Source: Rhina ancylostomus (Eukaryota). From it: a stretch of DNA of 64,000 bases. The DNA is taken from positions 13,541,223 through 13,605,222 of the forward strand of contig JARFYF010000056.1 of assembly GCA_030265395.1 (NCBI GenBank), given 5' to 3'. The position numbers were made by a program, and so were the translations under genes. Shown here in pieces: positions 52,101 through 58,270 of this stretch (position 1 is its first letter; each line of letters starts with the position of its first letter). The notes beneath the pieces are model-generated. The model made no database searches. It was given only the letters and a program-made list of their open reading frames with translations, and was not told the origin of the DNA.

Positions 52101-55100
52101 ACTGCCAATGTGTATGGAGTTCACTTCCTACAGAGCAAATAGATTTTGACTTGTGCTTCCCTTTGTCCTTAGGTGAATATATTGCACTTTACCAGAGTCA
52201 GAGAGCCATTCTTAAACAGAGGCACACAGAAAAAGAAGAGTACATCAGCAGGTTGGCTCAGGATAAGGAAGAAATGAAGGTACCTGTAGTTCCTAGACTG
52301 ATGAATGCATGCTGTCAATTTTATGTTAATGTTAATTCTGTTAATGTATGGTGGTTAATTCAGTCACTCCTTTAAGTACAGTTGATGCTTTCTGAATTCT
52401 ATTAACAATGACATCTCTTAATCAAAAATCTTAAAGCAAATCGGTTAAGTAAGGAGGGTTAAGAGGTGGATGGAAATATTGAGCCCAGTATTTTGAAGGA
52501 GCTAGGTTAATGTCATTGTGTCTCAGTAATATGAACTGTGTAGAATAGCTTAGCTCACTGAGTTATATTTCTGAATGAGATGATGTCCATGTTTCAATCA
52601 GTTATCTATGGTTGCAATTGCAGTCACACTGAGGTTTGTATCAACAAGCACAAATGGTCAGGGCTGCACAGGAACATATTTCTAATTTTGACTAACTGTA
52701 AAGCTAATGGAGTTGGAAATTGGTGTAGTGGACTTGTGGGAGGCTTCCTGAAGAACTTTTGAACAAAAAAGACTTGCAAAATCAATCTGCTATCTGACCC
52801 AGGTCTGTTAGATTTCTAGTTTTTCTGTGAACTCATGTTAGTTTCCTGGACCCATTCTAAGATTTCATTCCTTTTCTCCCCTCATCACCACACTAATTTT
52901 AAAGTCAAATAAGTTACTGTAAGGTACAGACAAGCTAACTGTTCCTGGATTCATCTGAGTTTTTCTTTCATTTTCATCCCTGCTGCCCATTGGTGTGGGT
53001 GAAGAACTTACAGTCTGGAGGGTTACTGGCTTAATACTGCACCAGTTCTGGTTCAGAAATACCAAGTTATTTAAAAGAGAAATAACTCAGAACTGTTGTA
53101 AGGGGAAGATTTGATTTTATGCCTCATTAGTCATGAAAGTAGCAAGCACAAATGGCCAGGACTACACAGAAACAGATTATGGTTCAGCAGCCATTCAGCA
53201 TCAAATGGTCCCGAGGCCTACTATGCAGAGTTTCAGTTTATTTCTCTGAGGTGTCCATATTCATTTGGAGCTGTGGTTCGTAGGAAGCCTTAGCATTTGG
53301 GAAATTACTATTGGAATTTGGGTGAAGTACAAATAAATCAAAGCAGTGTTTAAAGTTCTGATGTCATAGTGTGAATGTGAGAGTAGTTTTTTTGTGTGAC
53401 TTCTTGACTAAGATGTACCTACTCGAATGTGAACAAACTGGCCAAAAAAATTTCTAATTTTAAATCTCTACAGATGATTCATTCATATTTTAAATCTAAC
53501 TCTAAAGCCATTTCAGAATAGTTATTACTGAGTTAGTTCCACTGAGAGCAGTTACATTCATAAGGGAAGTAAAAATAGTTCAGACCACCAGAATAGTGTA
53601 TTAGAGCCATTTTTCTTACAACATAGTTACATTTGTTATCTGTCTGAATTGATGTTAAACCTACATTTTTGTACAAAAAATGGAAAATAAATTGTGATAA
53701 GTAGAGTTTTAAAATCGAGCTGTTATTATTTTTACAGATGAAGTTGGCAGAATTACAACAGCTGGTGTTGAGGTTGGTGGGAGAAAGGAATGAATGGTAC
53801 AATAAATATGTCAGTTCCACAAAACTGTCAACACACCCATTGGCAGATGAAGCACTGCACCAGGATTTACTGGATGAAGGAATGGAGTTAACTTCCACAC
53901 GTACAGAAGGTCTGTGATGATTTGAATGAAAAATTCCTGGGAATTTGTCAGTGCAACACCCAAAAAAAGGTGTTGCCCAGGCAAAAAGTATCTTGTTAAC
54001 ATGGTACTAACCTGTTTTTTATGCTTTTGACATGGTTATTACCAGTCACTAATAAGGATGGACGTTTTGGTATGAGAAATTGAAGTACCCTGGCACTGTT
54101 CAATTCACCCAAATGATGTCAAGAGTGGTGTAACATGCATAATTTGACACTAGTGAGATTTTCAGCCACTTTGGTCTGAATTATAAACCGCTGGAGGAGC
54201 TCAGCAGATTAGGCAGCATCTCTGGAAGGAAGGACAGTTGCCATTTTGGATCTCCATCTTTTGAGACCCTTCATCTCGCCACTGCCCCACAATCACTTGT
54301 GTTTCCTTTGTCTGAATTACAGCTGATGCTGTTCTCTGACAGGAAAACATTTTATTAACACCAAAGGCTCATACTGAGTCTTCTATAAGGTATCAGTCAG
54401 AGATGGCACAACCCTCTGCCAAACAAAATTTGAGTAGACTGACCCAAACAGAGATCCCAGTCACCAAGCAGAATGTGATTTCAGTAGGTTCATTTTCATA
54501 ATTAAAGAGCCACAAAAGTGCAGCTAAAAGAGAAGTGGTTTTCTGATAATCAGATCATAAGTGATTGGGAACATCTGATGATAAAGATGCCAGGGAGGTG
54601 TCTGTTAAGACATGAGTCCTCTCTAGGAAGGTCAACACTACTGGGAGCTGTGCAATGCAGCCAAATGCTCCCTTCCAGGTGTGATTGCAAAGGCCACCTT
54701 TATCAGAAATGCTACTTGAGGTTTAGCAGACAAATGCAGGTACCTGCAGTGCTCTCAAAATTAAGCTCAAAGTCATCCTCACACTCAAACTTGTCTCCAG
54801 GTCCTTCAAGCAGTTTCTGCTGCACCGCAAAAGTAAAGAGCTCTACTGGGCTGGAAAAGTTGGGAATCTTCCAGTTTTAACTGGGCAACTTTTGCATTCA
54901 TGTTTGGAAGGGGCTTGTAGCCACATATCAAGTGTCACAGATTTGCTGATGTTTATAGAGAGCACTTATCCCCTACCATGACTGCACTTTGCAGGAAGAA
55001 GGTACACTCCATGCTGCAGAAACCTTTGCTAGCTCCTCTTTCCTCCCGAGAGGACTGTACATCCCCATCATTGTAACAGGCAGCCATTCCTTGCTGACAC

Positions 55101-57316
55101 TCCCCTAAAACTGTGGTAGTGCTGGTTATATTATGGTGCAACTCTTTGAGGTCAGAGCTGACAGAAAAGGTGTTACTAATGTGGGTGATTCAATCAATAA
55201 CAGCCACTGTTCCTCAAACAGTGGAGTTAAACAAGGGAGATCATGCAACTGGCACTAAAATATTTCATGATTTTCTTTTGATCAGGGTAAGGGAGATGGC
55301 TAATGTCTTTTTAACACTGGAAGAATGACACAAATGAATTTCTAGATCCAAGTGAATATTTGTTTTGAACAGACATTCTGAAACCTGCTAGTTTGTCTTT
55401 GATATGAGAAATCTAAATGCAATTCAGAAACAATAGATTGTTGGTTTTAAAATCTCAGGAAAATAAATAGTGAAATTTTCCCTCAATGTTTGATGGATCT
55501 GCTTCTGATTCCCTGAAAACAGCTGTCATTAATTTTTTATGGGGGAGCAAGAGTTTACCTCACTTCAGTGCAGAATCAATGCCACGTTCTTCAAAGATTA
55601 ATGTTGTTTATCTGCCCCCAACATTTGCTGAATCAATGTGAAAATATGCAGAGAATAAACCTTTCCAGGTCATTTTTAGGTTGAGAGGCCAGGACTTGTG
55701 TGGTGCTACAGGGAGCAGTGCAGGGGCCCAGCTGTTCACATTCAAAAATTTCAGTGAGGAGATCGGATGTAATATATCCAGGTTTGCTGTATACAAATCT
55801 AGATAACAATGCGGGCTGTGCATAGGATGCAGAGAGGCTTCAGAGTGATACAGACAAGCTCAGTGAATGGGCAAGGACATGGCTGAAGTAATATATTGCA
55901 GAAAATGTGAGGTCATCTGCTTTGCTAGAAAAAATTGAAAGGTTGAGTTTTTTTAAATGGTTAGAGATAGAAAGGTGTTGGTGCCCTGGGAGACCTAGGT
56001 GACCATGCATTTGAATTACTACATGCAGATTCAGCACTCAGCTTTGAAGGCATGATGGCTTTTAATGCGAGAGGATTTGAGTCCAGGAATTGACATATCT
56101 CGCACCAATTGAACAGAATCTTGGGGAGACAGCATCTGGAATTTTGTGCCCTAGTGAAAGAAAGGTGCTTGAGGGAGTGCAGCAGAGGTTCACCAGATTG
56201 ATTCCTAGGATGGCAAGTTTGTTGTACGAGAAGAGATTAAGCAGGCTTCCCTTTACTTTCTAGAGTTAGAAGAATGAGAAGAGATTTTGCTGAAGCATAC
56301 AGAGTTTTGAAGGAGGTTGACTCAATAGGTGAATAGGTGCAGGAATGATGTTTCCAGTGGCTGGGGTTAGTCTCAAATTGACGGTGCTATCTAAAGAGTC
56401 TGTGAGATATCTCCCCCTATAATGGTACAAGCACCCAGATGTTGGTCAGGAGGATTTTACAGGGTCGACAGGGCAGTTCTTTTTGCCATTGTCCTTTCCA
56501 ATGCCTAGTTTGATTCCAGATGATTCATATTTTCAGTTTTTTTCTGATAATTATGGCAAGGGGTTTAGCAGCTCTTAAGAAACATCACATACTCCTGAAC
56601 TGGTTTTGTCAAGGTTAGGTTGCAGTGTTAGGCTGCAGGGTAGTGGGATTGGATTGTAGGGGGTTCTGTAAACTCCTATGCTACTTGATCTGGATGATGT
56701 TGAAAGGAGTCTTTGCATGAGTTGTCTGCCTCTTGGCTGTGAATGATTTGTGGTATAGTGCCCAGGGAAGGTGCAGAAGGGCCATTTTAAGAAAAGGAGT
56801 CTTATCCCCAGTAGTGGGCACTATGTAGTTGTGCTGTTTGCCTCACCTACAAGTTCTCAGCCTGTGTTGACAGCCTGAGTGATGAGGAAATCATTCACAG
56901 TGTAATGCTTGCTTTAATGCAGTTTGAATTACAAAATGACACTGCTTGTAGGGTAGTGAATTGGGGTCTTGCAAATACTTGTTTCTTTTCAGAATTTATA
57001 GAACCCTGGACTTTTTAAAAAAAACTATGGCGTAAAAAATTTTGTTTTATTTTTTTCTCCAGATCTACAAGACATCAGCTTGGCAGATGATACAGAATCT
57101 CCAGCAATTTCACTGAGCACCCATCCACCCAGCACAGTCCCTGTTCTAAAAGAAAACTTGCCCACTGAGGACCACACTACTAAACAGATCATGCAACTTC
57201 TTGAAGAAATCCAGAACCCACAGGCCAGACAGAGCTCATCCCTGAACTATTCCACCAGTATTCCTTTCTTTTATAGGCCTGATGAAAATGGCGAAGTGAA
57301 AATTGTAATCGTCTAG
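963..57316 (+). CDS. GOLGA2: Golgin subfamily A member 2 (GM130); 28 coding exons in window, 5'-partial (exon 1 upstream)
   Basis: The spliced exons give one open frame of 3129 nt with matching phases. Hallmark GM130 segments: [82 protein letters not shown] and C-terminal [18 protein letters not shown]. Confidence 0.97.
2700..3050 (-). mobile_element. Old CR1-clade LINE ORF2 fragment
   Basis: Reverse complement resembles the CR1 segment just before the RT domain (recalled). Confidence 0.55.
3226..3580 (-). mobile_element. Young tRNA-derived V-SINE (HE1-like) with CR1-type tail, interrupted by an artefactual gap
   Basis: V-core tttggaatgtgggaggaaaccggagcacccggaggaaacccac; B-box reverse complement ggaatcgaacc; closely similar to the copy at 16790. 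Confidence 0.88.
4315..4401 (+). CDS. GOLGA2: GOLGA2 exon 3, cassette-like ([29 protein letters not shown])
   Basis: Long pyrimidine tract plus ttcAG, AAG|GTGAGG donor, 87 nt, phase 0-0. Resembles the mammalian alternative segment IQDILKVLVSDLNRSNGVALPPLDKWK (recalled). Confidence 0.85.
4430..4540 (+). promoter_or_regulatory. Candidate intronic splicing enhancer: two TGCATG (4454-4459, 4534-4539) in a TGG-rich tract
   Basis: RBFOX hexamers 53 and 133 nt downstream of the exon 3 donor. Confidence 0.55.
4700..5200. mobile_element. Two decayed CR1 3'-end fragments, tail to tail
   Basis: gagaatgtggattgc...gttgaagc...ggcctgcttctgttctg (+), followed by an antisense fragment. Confidence 0.5.
5381..5843. 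mobile_element. Tigger/pogo-like non-autonomous DNA transposon (degenerate)
   Basis: Imperfect TIRs tagtaacattctgataatc / ggattattggagtcattacta with subterminal gataatc/atagtcc repeats. Confidence 0.45.
6150..6420 (+). mobile_element. V-SINE (older subfamily)
   Basis: gtgctgtttgtgtggagtttgcac...tgggtttccactgggtgttccactttcctcccacatcccaaa core; tgggctgaa tail. Confidence 0.8.
7640..7810 (-). mobile_element. Ancient elasmobranch SINE fragment (same family as 24560-24810)
   Basis: Reverse complement matches ggaaatctgccatccttgcctggtctg...tgtggttgac. Confidence 0.55.
8748..8894 (+). CDS. GOLGA2: GOLGA2 exon 4 ([10 protein letters not shown]...NETLTQ), divergent linker
   Basis: ttaacAG acceptor, CAG|GTCTGT donor, 147 nt open, phase 0-0. 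Low conservation, so support is positional. Confidence 0.7.
9514..9557 (+). CDS. GOLGA2: GOLGA2 exon 5 ([15 protein letters not shown])
   Basis: tgtgtAG acceptor, CAG|GTAGG donor, 44 nt. Supplies the phase-2 end that the next exon requires. Confidence 0.75.
10346..10409 (+). CDS. GOLGA2: GOLGA2 exon 6 ([21 protein letters not shown])
   Basis: tttatAG / CAG|GTGAGG; highly conserved motif. Confidence 0.93.
11580..11636 (+). CDS. GOLGA2: GOLGA2 exon 7 ([19 protein letters not shown])
   Basis: ctctAG / GAG|GTAGTA, 57 nt; compare human SATCVNGEGPASSANLKDLE. Confidence 0.9.
12000..12620 (+). mobile_element. Decayed CR1 LINE 3' region
   Basis: aaatgctaatggaatttttgcctt...agacctggaatat...tggctgaatagtcaggtggggctaa...actcctcctatgtt tail. 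Confidence 0.6.
15058..15063 (+). promoter_or_regulatory. RBFOX motif TGCATG inside the 3' splice site of exon 8
   Basis: Lies between the pyrimidine tract and the AG at 15071-15072. Confidence 0.55.
15073..15153 (+). CDS. GOLGA2: GOLGA2 exon 8, 81-nt in-frame ([27 protein letters not shown])
   Basis: cacacAG / TTG|GTAAGG; compare human [27 protein letters not shown]. Confidence 0.92.
16089..16118. repeat. (TG)15 microsatellite
   Basis: Seen directly. Confidence 0.95.
16200..16735 (+). mobile_element. RTE-clade LINE reverse-transcriptase fragment
   Basis: [19 protein letters not shown]...[10 protein letters not shown], then frameshifted QEKCRE, typical of RTE RT. Confidence 0.75.
16790..17030 (-). 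mobile_element. Young HE1-like V-SINE, full length
   Basis: Same family as 3226-3580, with tRNA head, V-core and aggcccttccggcc tail. Confidence 0.9.
17035..17370 (+). mobile_element. CR1/HER1 RT fragment
   Basis: Decayed QHGF.KG...[10 protein letters not shown]...FQ.A.DK.P motif. Confidence 0.75.
17380..17615 (-). mobile_element. Older V-SINE
   Basis: cacctgcacactaggagcaatttacagtgaccaatta...ggaaatcggagcacc. Confidence 0.7.
17620..18039 (+). mobile_element. CR1/HER1 LINE 3' end
   Basis: [20 protein letters not shown]...[12 protein letters not shown] coding remnant followed by a 3'UTR. Confidence 0.85.
18040..18665. other. Assembly gap (about 626 N)
   Basis: Run of N; the long X-rich ORFs here are artefacts. 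Confidence 0.99.
19418..19650 (-). mobile_element. CR1 LINE 3' fragment
   Basis: Minus-strand [37 protein letters not shown]. Confidence 0.85.
20290..20640 (-). mobile_element. Deu-domain SINE (SacSINE/AmnSINE-like) relic
   Basis: ttgagggacgagtcttggctcggacatgagg...actgctcctcattgaaatag resembles the reverse complement of the Deu core (recalled). Confidence 0.5.
21755..21773. repeat. (TG)9 microsatellite
   Basis: Seen directly. Confidence 0.9.
22033..22071 (+). CDS. GOLGA2: GOLGA2 exon 9 ([13 protein letters not shown])
   Basis: ctaacAG / AAG|GTAAAA, 39 nt; compare KQQNQEITDQLEE. Confidence 0.88.
23572..23634 (+). CDS. GOLGA2: GOLGA2 exon 10 ([21 protein letters not shown])
   Basis: acttAG / CAA|GTAAGT, 63 nt. 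Confidence 0.92.
23735..23990 (+). mobile_element. Deu-type tRNA SINE relic
   Basis: tggctcagttactagcactcttgcct...gggttcaagtcc head; gtgactgtactccaaaaataattagctgaaaagcattt tail. Confidence 0.55.
24560..24810 (+). mobile_element. Ancient elasmobranch SINE fragment just upstream of exon 11
   Basis: aatctggaattaaaa...gctagt...aagggatggaaatctgccatccttgcctggtctg...gactccagaccc. Confidence 0.65.
24887..24980 (+). CDS. GOLGA2: GOLGA2 exon 11 ([32 protein letters not shown])
   Basis: ctccAG / CAG|GTAAAG, 94 nt; near-invariant GM130 motif. Confidence 0.96.
25180..25495 (+). mobile_element. V-SINE
   Basis: tcctgacctccagtgttgtctgtgtggtttgcatgttctccctgtgactgcgggtttcctctgggtgctccagtttcctccca. Confidence 0.85.
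25520..26620 (+). mobile_element. Old CR1-clade LINE, RT to 3' end
   Basis: ALDIKA.FD, G.LQSGV, FIN.LP, ADD remnants; caccacctcaagggcaatt.aggatggg tail. Confidence 0.75.
25580..25652. repeat. Perfect 31-bp inverted repeat with 11-nt spacer
   Basis: tttgataccagctattttcacttttaccagg-aagctttgatg-cctggtaaaagtgaaaatagctggtatcaaa. Confidence 0.95.
27095..27290. mobile_element. Penelope-derived hairpin element
   Basis: gctgctggaggaatacagtgggtcagg...gacctgaaacatc...gatgctgcccgacctgctgagttcctcca. Confidence 0.7.
27541..28172 (+). mobile_element. Rex1/Babar LINE RT fragment
   Basis: [12 protein letters not shown]...[33 protein letters not shown]...LDPLQF...[10 protein letters not shown]. Confidence 0.85.
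28250..28430 (+). mobile_element. CR1 3' tail fragment
   Basis: gatcagctatga...aatggagcag...gaatggcct...tactcctatcttctatgttctt. Confidence 0.6.
28806..28912 (+). CDS. GOLGA2: GOLGA2 exon 12 ([35 protein letters not shown])
   Basis: tcctAG / AAA|GTAAGT, 107 nt, phase 1-0. Confidence 0.95.
29007..29065 (+). CDS. GOLGA2: GOLGA2 exon 13 ([20 protein letters not shown])
   Basis: ttacAG / AAA|GTGAGT, 59 nt, phase 0-2. Confidence 0.93.
29151..29292 (+). CDS. GOLGA2: GOLGA2 exon 14 ([17 protein letters not shown]...[12 protein letters not shown])
   Basis: tttcAG / CAG|GTGGGA, 142 nt, phase 2-0. Confidence 0.95.
30004..30093 (+). CDS. GOLGA2: GOLGA2 exon 15 ([14 protein letters not shown]...AQLMQ)
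   Basis: ctccAG / CAA|GTAAGG, 90 nt. Confidence 0.94.
30755..30862 (+). CDS. GOLGA2: GOLGA2 exon 16 ([19 protein letters not shown]...QQLAAQ)
   Basis: ttgcAG / CAA|GTTAGT, 108 nt. Confidence 0.94.
32189..32276 (+). CDS. GOLGA2: GOLGA2 exon 17 ([30 protein letters not shown])
   Basis: ctgcAG / CAG|GTAATT, 88 nt, phase 0-1. Confidence 0.93.
33125..33250. mobile_element. Internally deleted Penelope-derived hairpin
   Basis: aacagaaaatgctgggaatacttagcag...gaaacattaactgtttct...cacagaagatgctaacctgctga. Confidence 0.6.
33535..33880 (-). mobile_element. Deu-type SINE relic
   Basis: ggttgagggatcagtattggcc...ttaacatttcacctcaaagac...gttagcctagatttt. Confidence 0.5.
34835..35155 (-). mobile_element. 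Older V-SINE
   Basis: gggatgtgggagaaaactgtagtacctggcagaaaccca...cagcacccca...gaaccc. Confidence 0.7.
35818..36005 (+). mobile_element. Penelope-derived hairpin insertion with 13-bp TSD (aaagtaaatcatt at 35805-35817 and 36006-36018)
   Basis: About 53-bp inverted arms with 4 mismatches; exact flanking direct repeat. Confidence 0.85.
35873..35906 (+). ncRNA. Minimal type I hammerhead ribozyme motif (PLE-type, partly decayed)
   Basis: gtc-CTGATGA-agg(gtcttga)cct-GAAA-t-GTC-gac. Both core boxes, a 3-bp stem II, a 3-bp stem I and the GUC triplet are present. Confidence 0.6.
36099..36235 (+). CDS. GOLGA2: GOLGA2 exon 18 ([21 protein letters not shown]...QYQAQ)
   Basis: gtttAG / CAG|GTAAGA, 137 nt, phase 1-0. 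Confidence 0.9.
36290..37220 (+). mobile_element. Highly decayed CR1 ORF2 fragment
   Basis: Remnants of GNFN.P.INW, ctcctatttaaaaaa, gggaaattactggagtccataatt, tcacgtctgacaaat. Confidence 0.55.
37426..37497 (+). mobile_element. Isolated tRNA-SINE head abutting the exon 19 acceptor
   Basis: ggcggcacagtagttagtactgctgcctcacacctccagggtcc...tcctgacttcaagtgctgt matches the 5' ends of the V-SINEs at 25180 and 46375. Confidence 0.75.
37510..37728 (+). CDS. GOLGA2: GOLGA2 exon 19 ([18 protein letters not shown]...QNGFVKL)
   Basis: ctttAG / CTT|GTATGT, 219 nt; strongly conserved. Confidence 0.96.
38600..39240 (+). mobile_element. Penelope-like element 3' fragment with inverted terminal copy
   Basis: [26 protein letters not shown] is typical of the PLE GIY-YIG C-terminus. 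Ends in gacctgaaacattaac...gatgctgtttgactgactgagttcttccagcatt. Confidence 0.75.
39578..39691 (+). CDS. GOLGA2: GOLGA2 exon 20 ([21 protein letters not shown]...DLKEK)
   Basis: cttcAG / AAG|GTATTG, 114 nt. Confidence 0.96.
41463..41687 (+). CDS. GOLGA2: GOLGA2 exon 21 ([12 protein letters not shown]...DLMMTK)
   Basis: ccacAG / AAG|GTGAGA, 225 nt. Confidence 0.96.
42075..42350 (-). mobile_element. tRNA/V-SINE with a different (Rex1-like) tail
   Basis: Same head and core as 16790, but the tail is tttattagtcatgtctacattgaaacacacagtgaaat. Confidence 0.8.
42548..42650 (+). CDS. GOLGA2: GOLGA2 exon 22 ([20 protein letters not shown]...LRVE-G)
   Basis: ccacAG / AAG|GTCTGG, 103 nt, phase 0-1. Confidence 0.9.
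42740..43700 (+). mobile_element. CR1 LINE 3' ~1 kb, decayed
   Basis: gttgctaaatttgacaatggcacgaaa ((F)ADDTK remnant), GLSYEERL, and a cctactcctgctcct tail. Confidence 0.8.
44471..44562 (+). CDS. GOLGA2: GOLGA2 exon 23 ([11 protein letters not shown]...[11 protein letters not shown])
   Basis: cactAG / ATG|GTAAGA, 92 nt; compare human GDG...IPEDLESREAM. Confidence 0.93.
44647..45199 (-). mobile_element. Rex1/Babar LINE 3' end nested in an antisense CR1 tail
   Basis: Minus strand reads ...[19 protein letters not shown]; aataaatctgattctgaa terminus; attcag on both flanks. Confidence 0.8.
45300..45525 (+). mobile_element. CR1 3' end
   Basis: ggctgtggaggccaag...gatcagccatgat...gaatggcagagtaggctcgaagggttaaatggcctactc. 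Confidence 0.75.
46140..46372 (+). mobile_element. Young V-SINE inserted into the head of an older V-SINE (older body 46375-46700)
   Basis: B-box gttcaattcc at 46191-46200, V-core, aataaa tail. The older SINE resumes at gctgttagccgcactgcc. Confidence 0.82.
47005..47520 (+). mobile_element. Relatively young CR1/HER1 3' end
   Basis: Open frame [24 protein letters not shown]...TRGHSLKI...WNSL plus 3'UTR and tail. Confidence 0.9.
48162..48303 (+). CDS. GOLGA2: GOLGA2 exon 24 ([18 protein letters not shown]...HNDSR-E)
   Basis: gttcAG / GAG|GTAGCC, 142 nt, phase 0-1. Confidence 0.9.
50424..50497 (+). CDS. GOLGA2: GOLGA2 exon 25 ([24 protein letters not shown])
   Basis: ctgcAG (tandem CAGAAGCAG) / CAG|GTTAGT, 74 nt; compare human DSVCGETHRALQGAMEKLQ. 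Confidence 0.9.
51077..51179 (+). CDS. GOLGA2: GOLGA2 exon 26 ([35 protein letters not shown])
   Basis: caatAG / TAG|GTATCT, 103 nt; highly conserved. Confidence 0.96.
52173..52279 (+). CDS. GOLGA2: GOLGA2 exon 27 ([35 protein letters not shown])
   Basis: ccttAG / AAG|GTACCT, 107 nt; near-identical to human. Confidence 0.97.
53738..53909 (+). CDS. GOLGA2: GOLGA2 exon 28 ([21 protein letters not shown]...TRTE-D)
   Basis: ttacAG / AAG|GTCTGT, 172 nt, phase 0-1. Confidence 0.93.
55770..56370 (+). mobile_element. Decayed CR1 ORF2 fragment
   Basis: LQSD.DKLSEWA..W, gtgcagcagaggttcaccagattgattcctagg, YEKRL. Confidence 0.75.
57063..57316 (+). CDS. GOLGA2: GOLGA2 last coding exon; GM130 C-terminal GRASP65-binding motif, TAG stop
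   Basis: ctccAG acceptor; [14 protein letters not shown]...[18 protein letters not shown] versus human IPFFYRADENDEVKITVI*. Confidence 0.97.
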
Positions 57317-57530
57317 AGATGCTTTTAAGCACAGGGAATATAATATTTTGATTTTGTGGGAGAGGTTTATAAATTGGTGGAGATTTAAAAAAAAGTGAAA
57401 ATATGGCAGAATGCGAGAAATGAGACCAGAGGCCATGGTTCTACAAAGCAACAGTGTTAATCTCGCATGTTCTCTTATAATGGTACATCAGACAGATTGC
57501 TATAGTTCAAATACTGAGTTCATGAATTTC

Positions 57531-57536
57531 AATAAA
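57531..57536 (+). terminator. Possible proximal polyadenylation signal
   Basis: AATAAA 215 nt after the stop; weak downstream element. Confidence 0.3.
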
Positions 57537-57894
57537 TAGTTGCTATGAGACCCTACAATCATTTAGATTACAAAATTCTAGAAATCGTACTTAAATAATT
57601 CCCCTAAGATATAAATTCTTATAATTCTCAAGTAAGGTTGGTAGGGGTGTCCCAATCAGTAGCTATTTAACCTGTTTGCAATTGTAGACTAATTATATTG
57701 TATCCTCGAGACTCTTTGGAAACTCAGTGCATTTCTTGTTACAACCAGAAAGCGATAGGGAATTGTGAAAATATAGTAAATCTGAAATAGATGTGTCTGG
57801 CCATTTGATATATTAAGAATATAGAAAAAAAACAGTTTATATTTTTAAGCTGCTGAAAAAATAGTACTTTTTACTTTATGAATGCATTTTGTAG

Positions 57895-58270
57895 AACTAT
57901 CCCAGTGGCTAGCAGGTAAAAGCATTGCCATATGTGTGGAATTAATCCCATCCAGACCAAAGGCTGCCAGGTTTGATCTTGATATCGCTGATATCAGCTA
58001 GAGAAGCCACCAGCATTGCTGCACGTACCTCTTTGCACCTCAGTAGGGAGTGGGAAGAGGAGGGAGGAAAGAATGTTTCGCCAGTATTGTCTCTTCTGAT
58101 CGCTGCCAGAGGGTGTGGCTACAGGGTTGTCAAGCAAAGACGGTGACTGACTTAGCCTCGGCCAAATTGTCTCCTGACCCTTATAGCCCCAATCTCATAC
58201 GTGAAGAATGTGCCCTCTGGAGGTTCCAGAGGGCTTTTATCACCATTTGAACAACTGGACGGGAAGGTGG
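57895..58270 (+). mobile_element. Ancient tRNA-headed SINE relic within the predicted 3'UTR
   Basis: cagtggctagcaggtaaaagcattgcc...cagacca...ccaggtttgatc...gctgatatcagc...ctgatcgct...gtgaagaatg; related fragments near 35220 and 60575. Confidence 0.5.

Noticed and set aside
53801-53806. AATAAA inside exon 28
   Set aside because: It is simply Asn-Lys codons; there is no evidence of internal polyadenylation.
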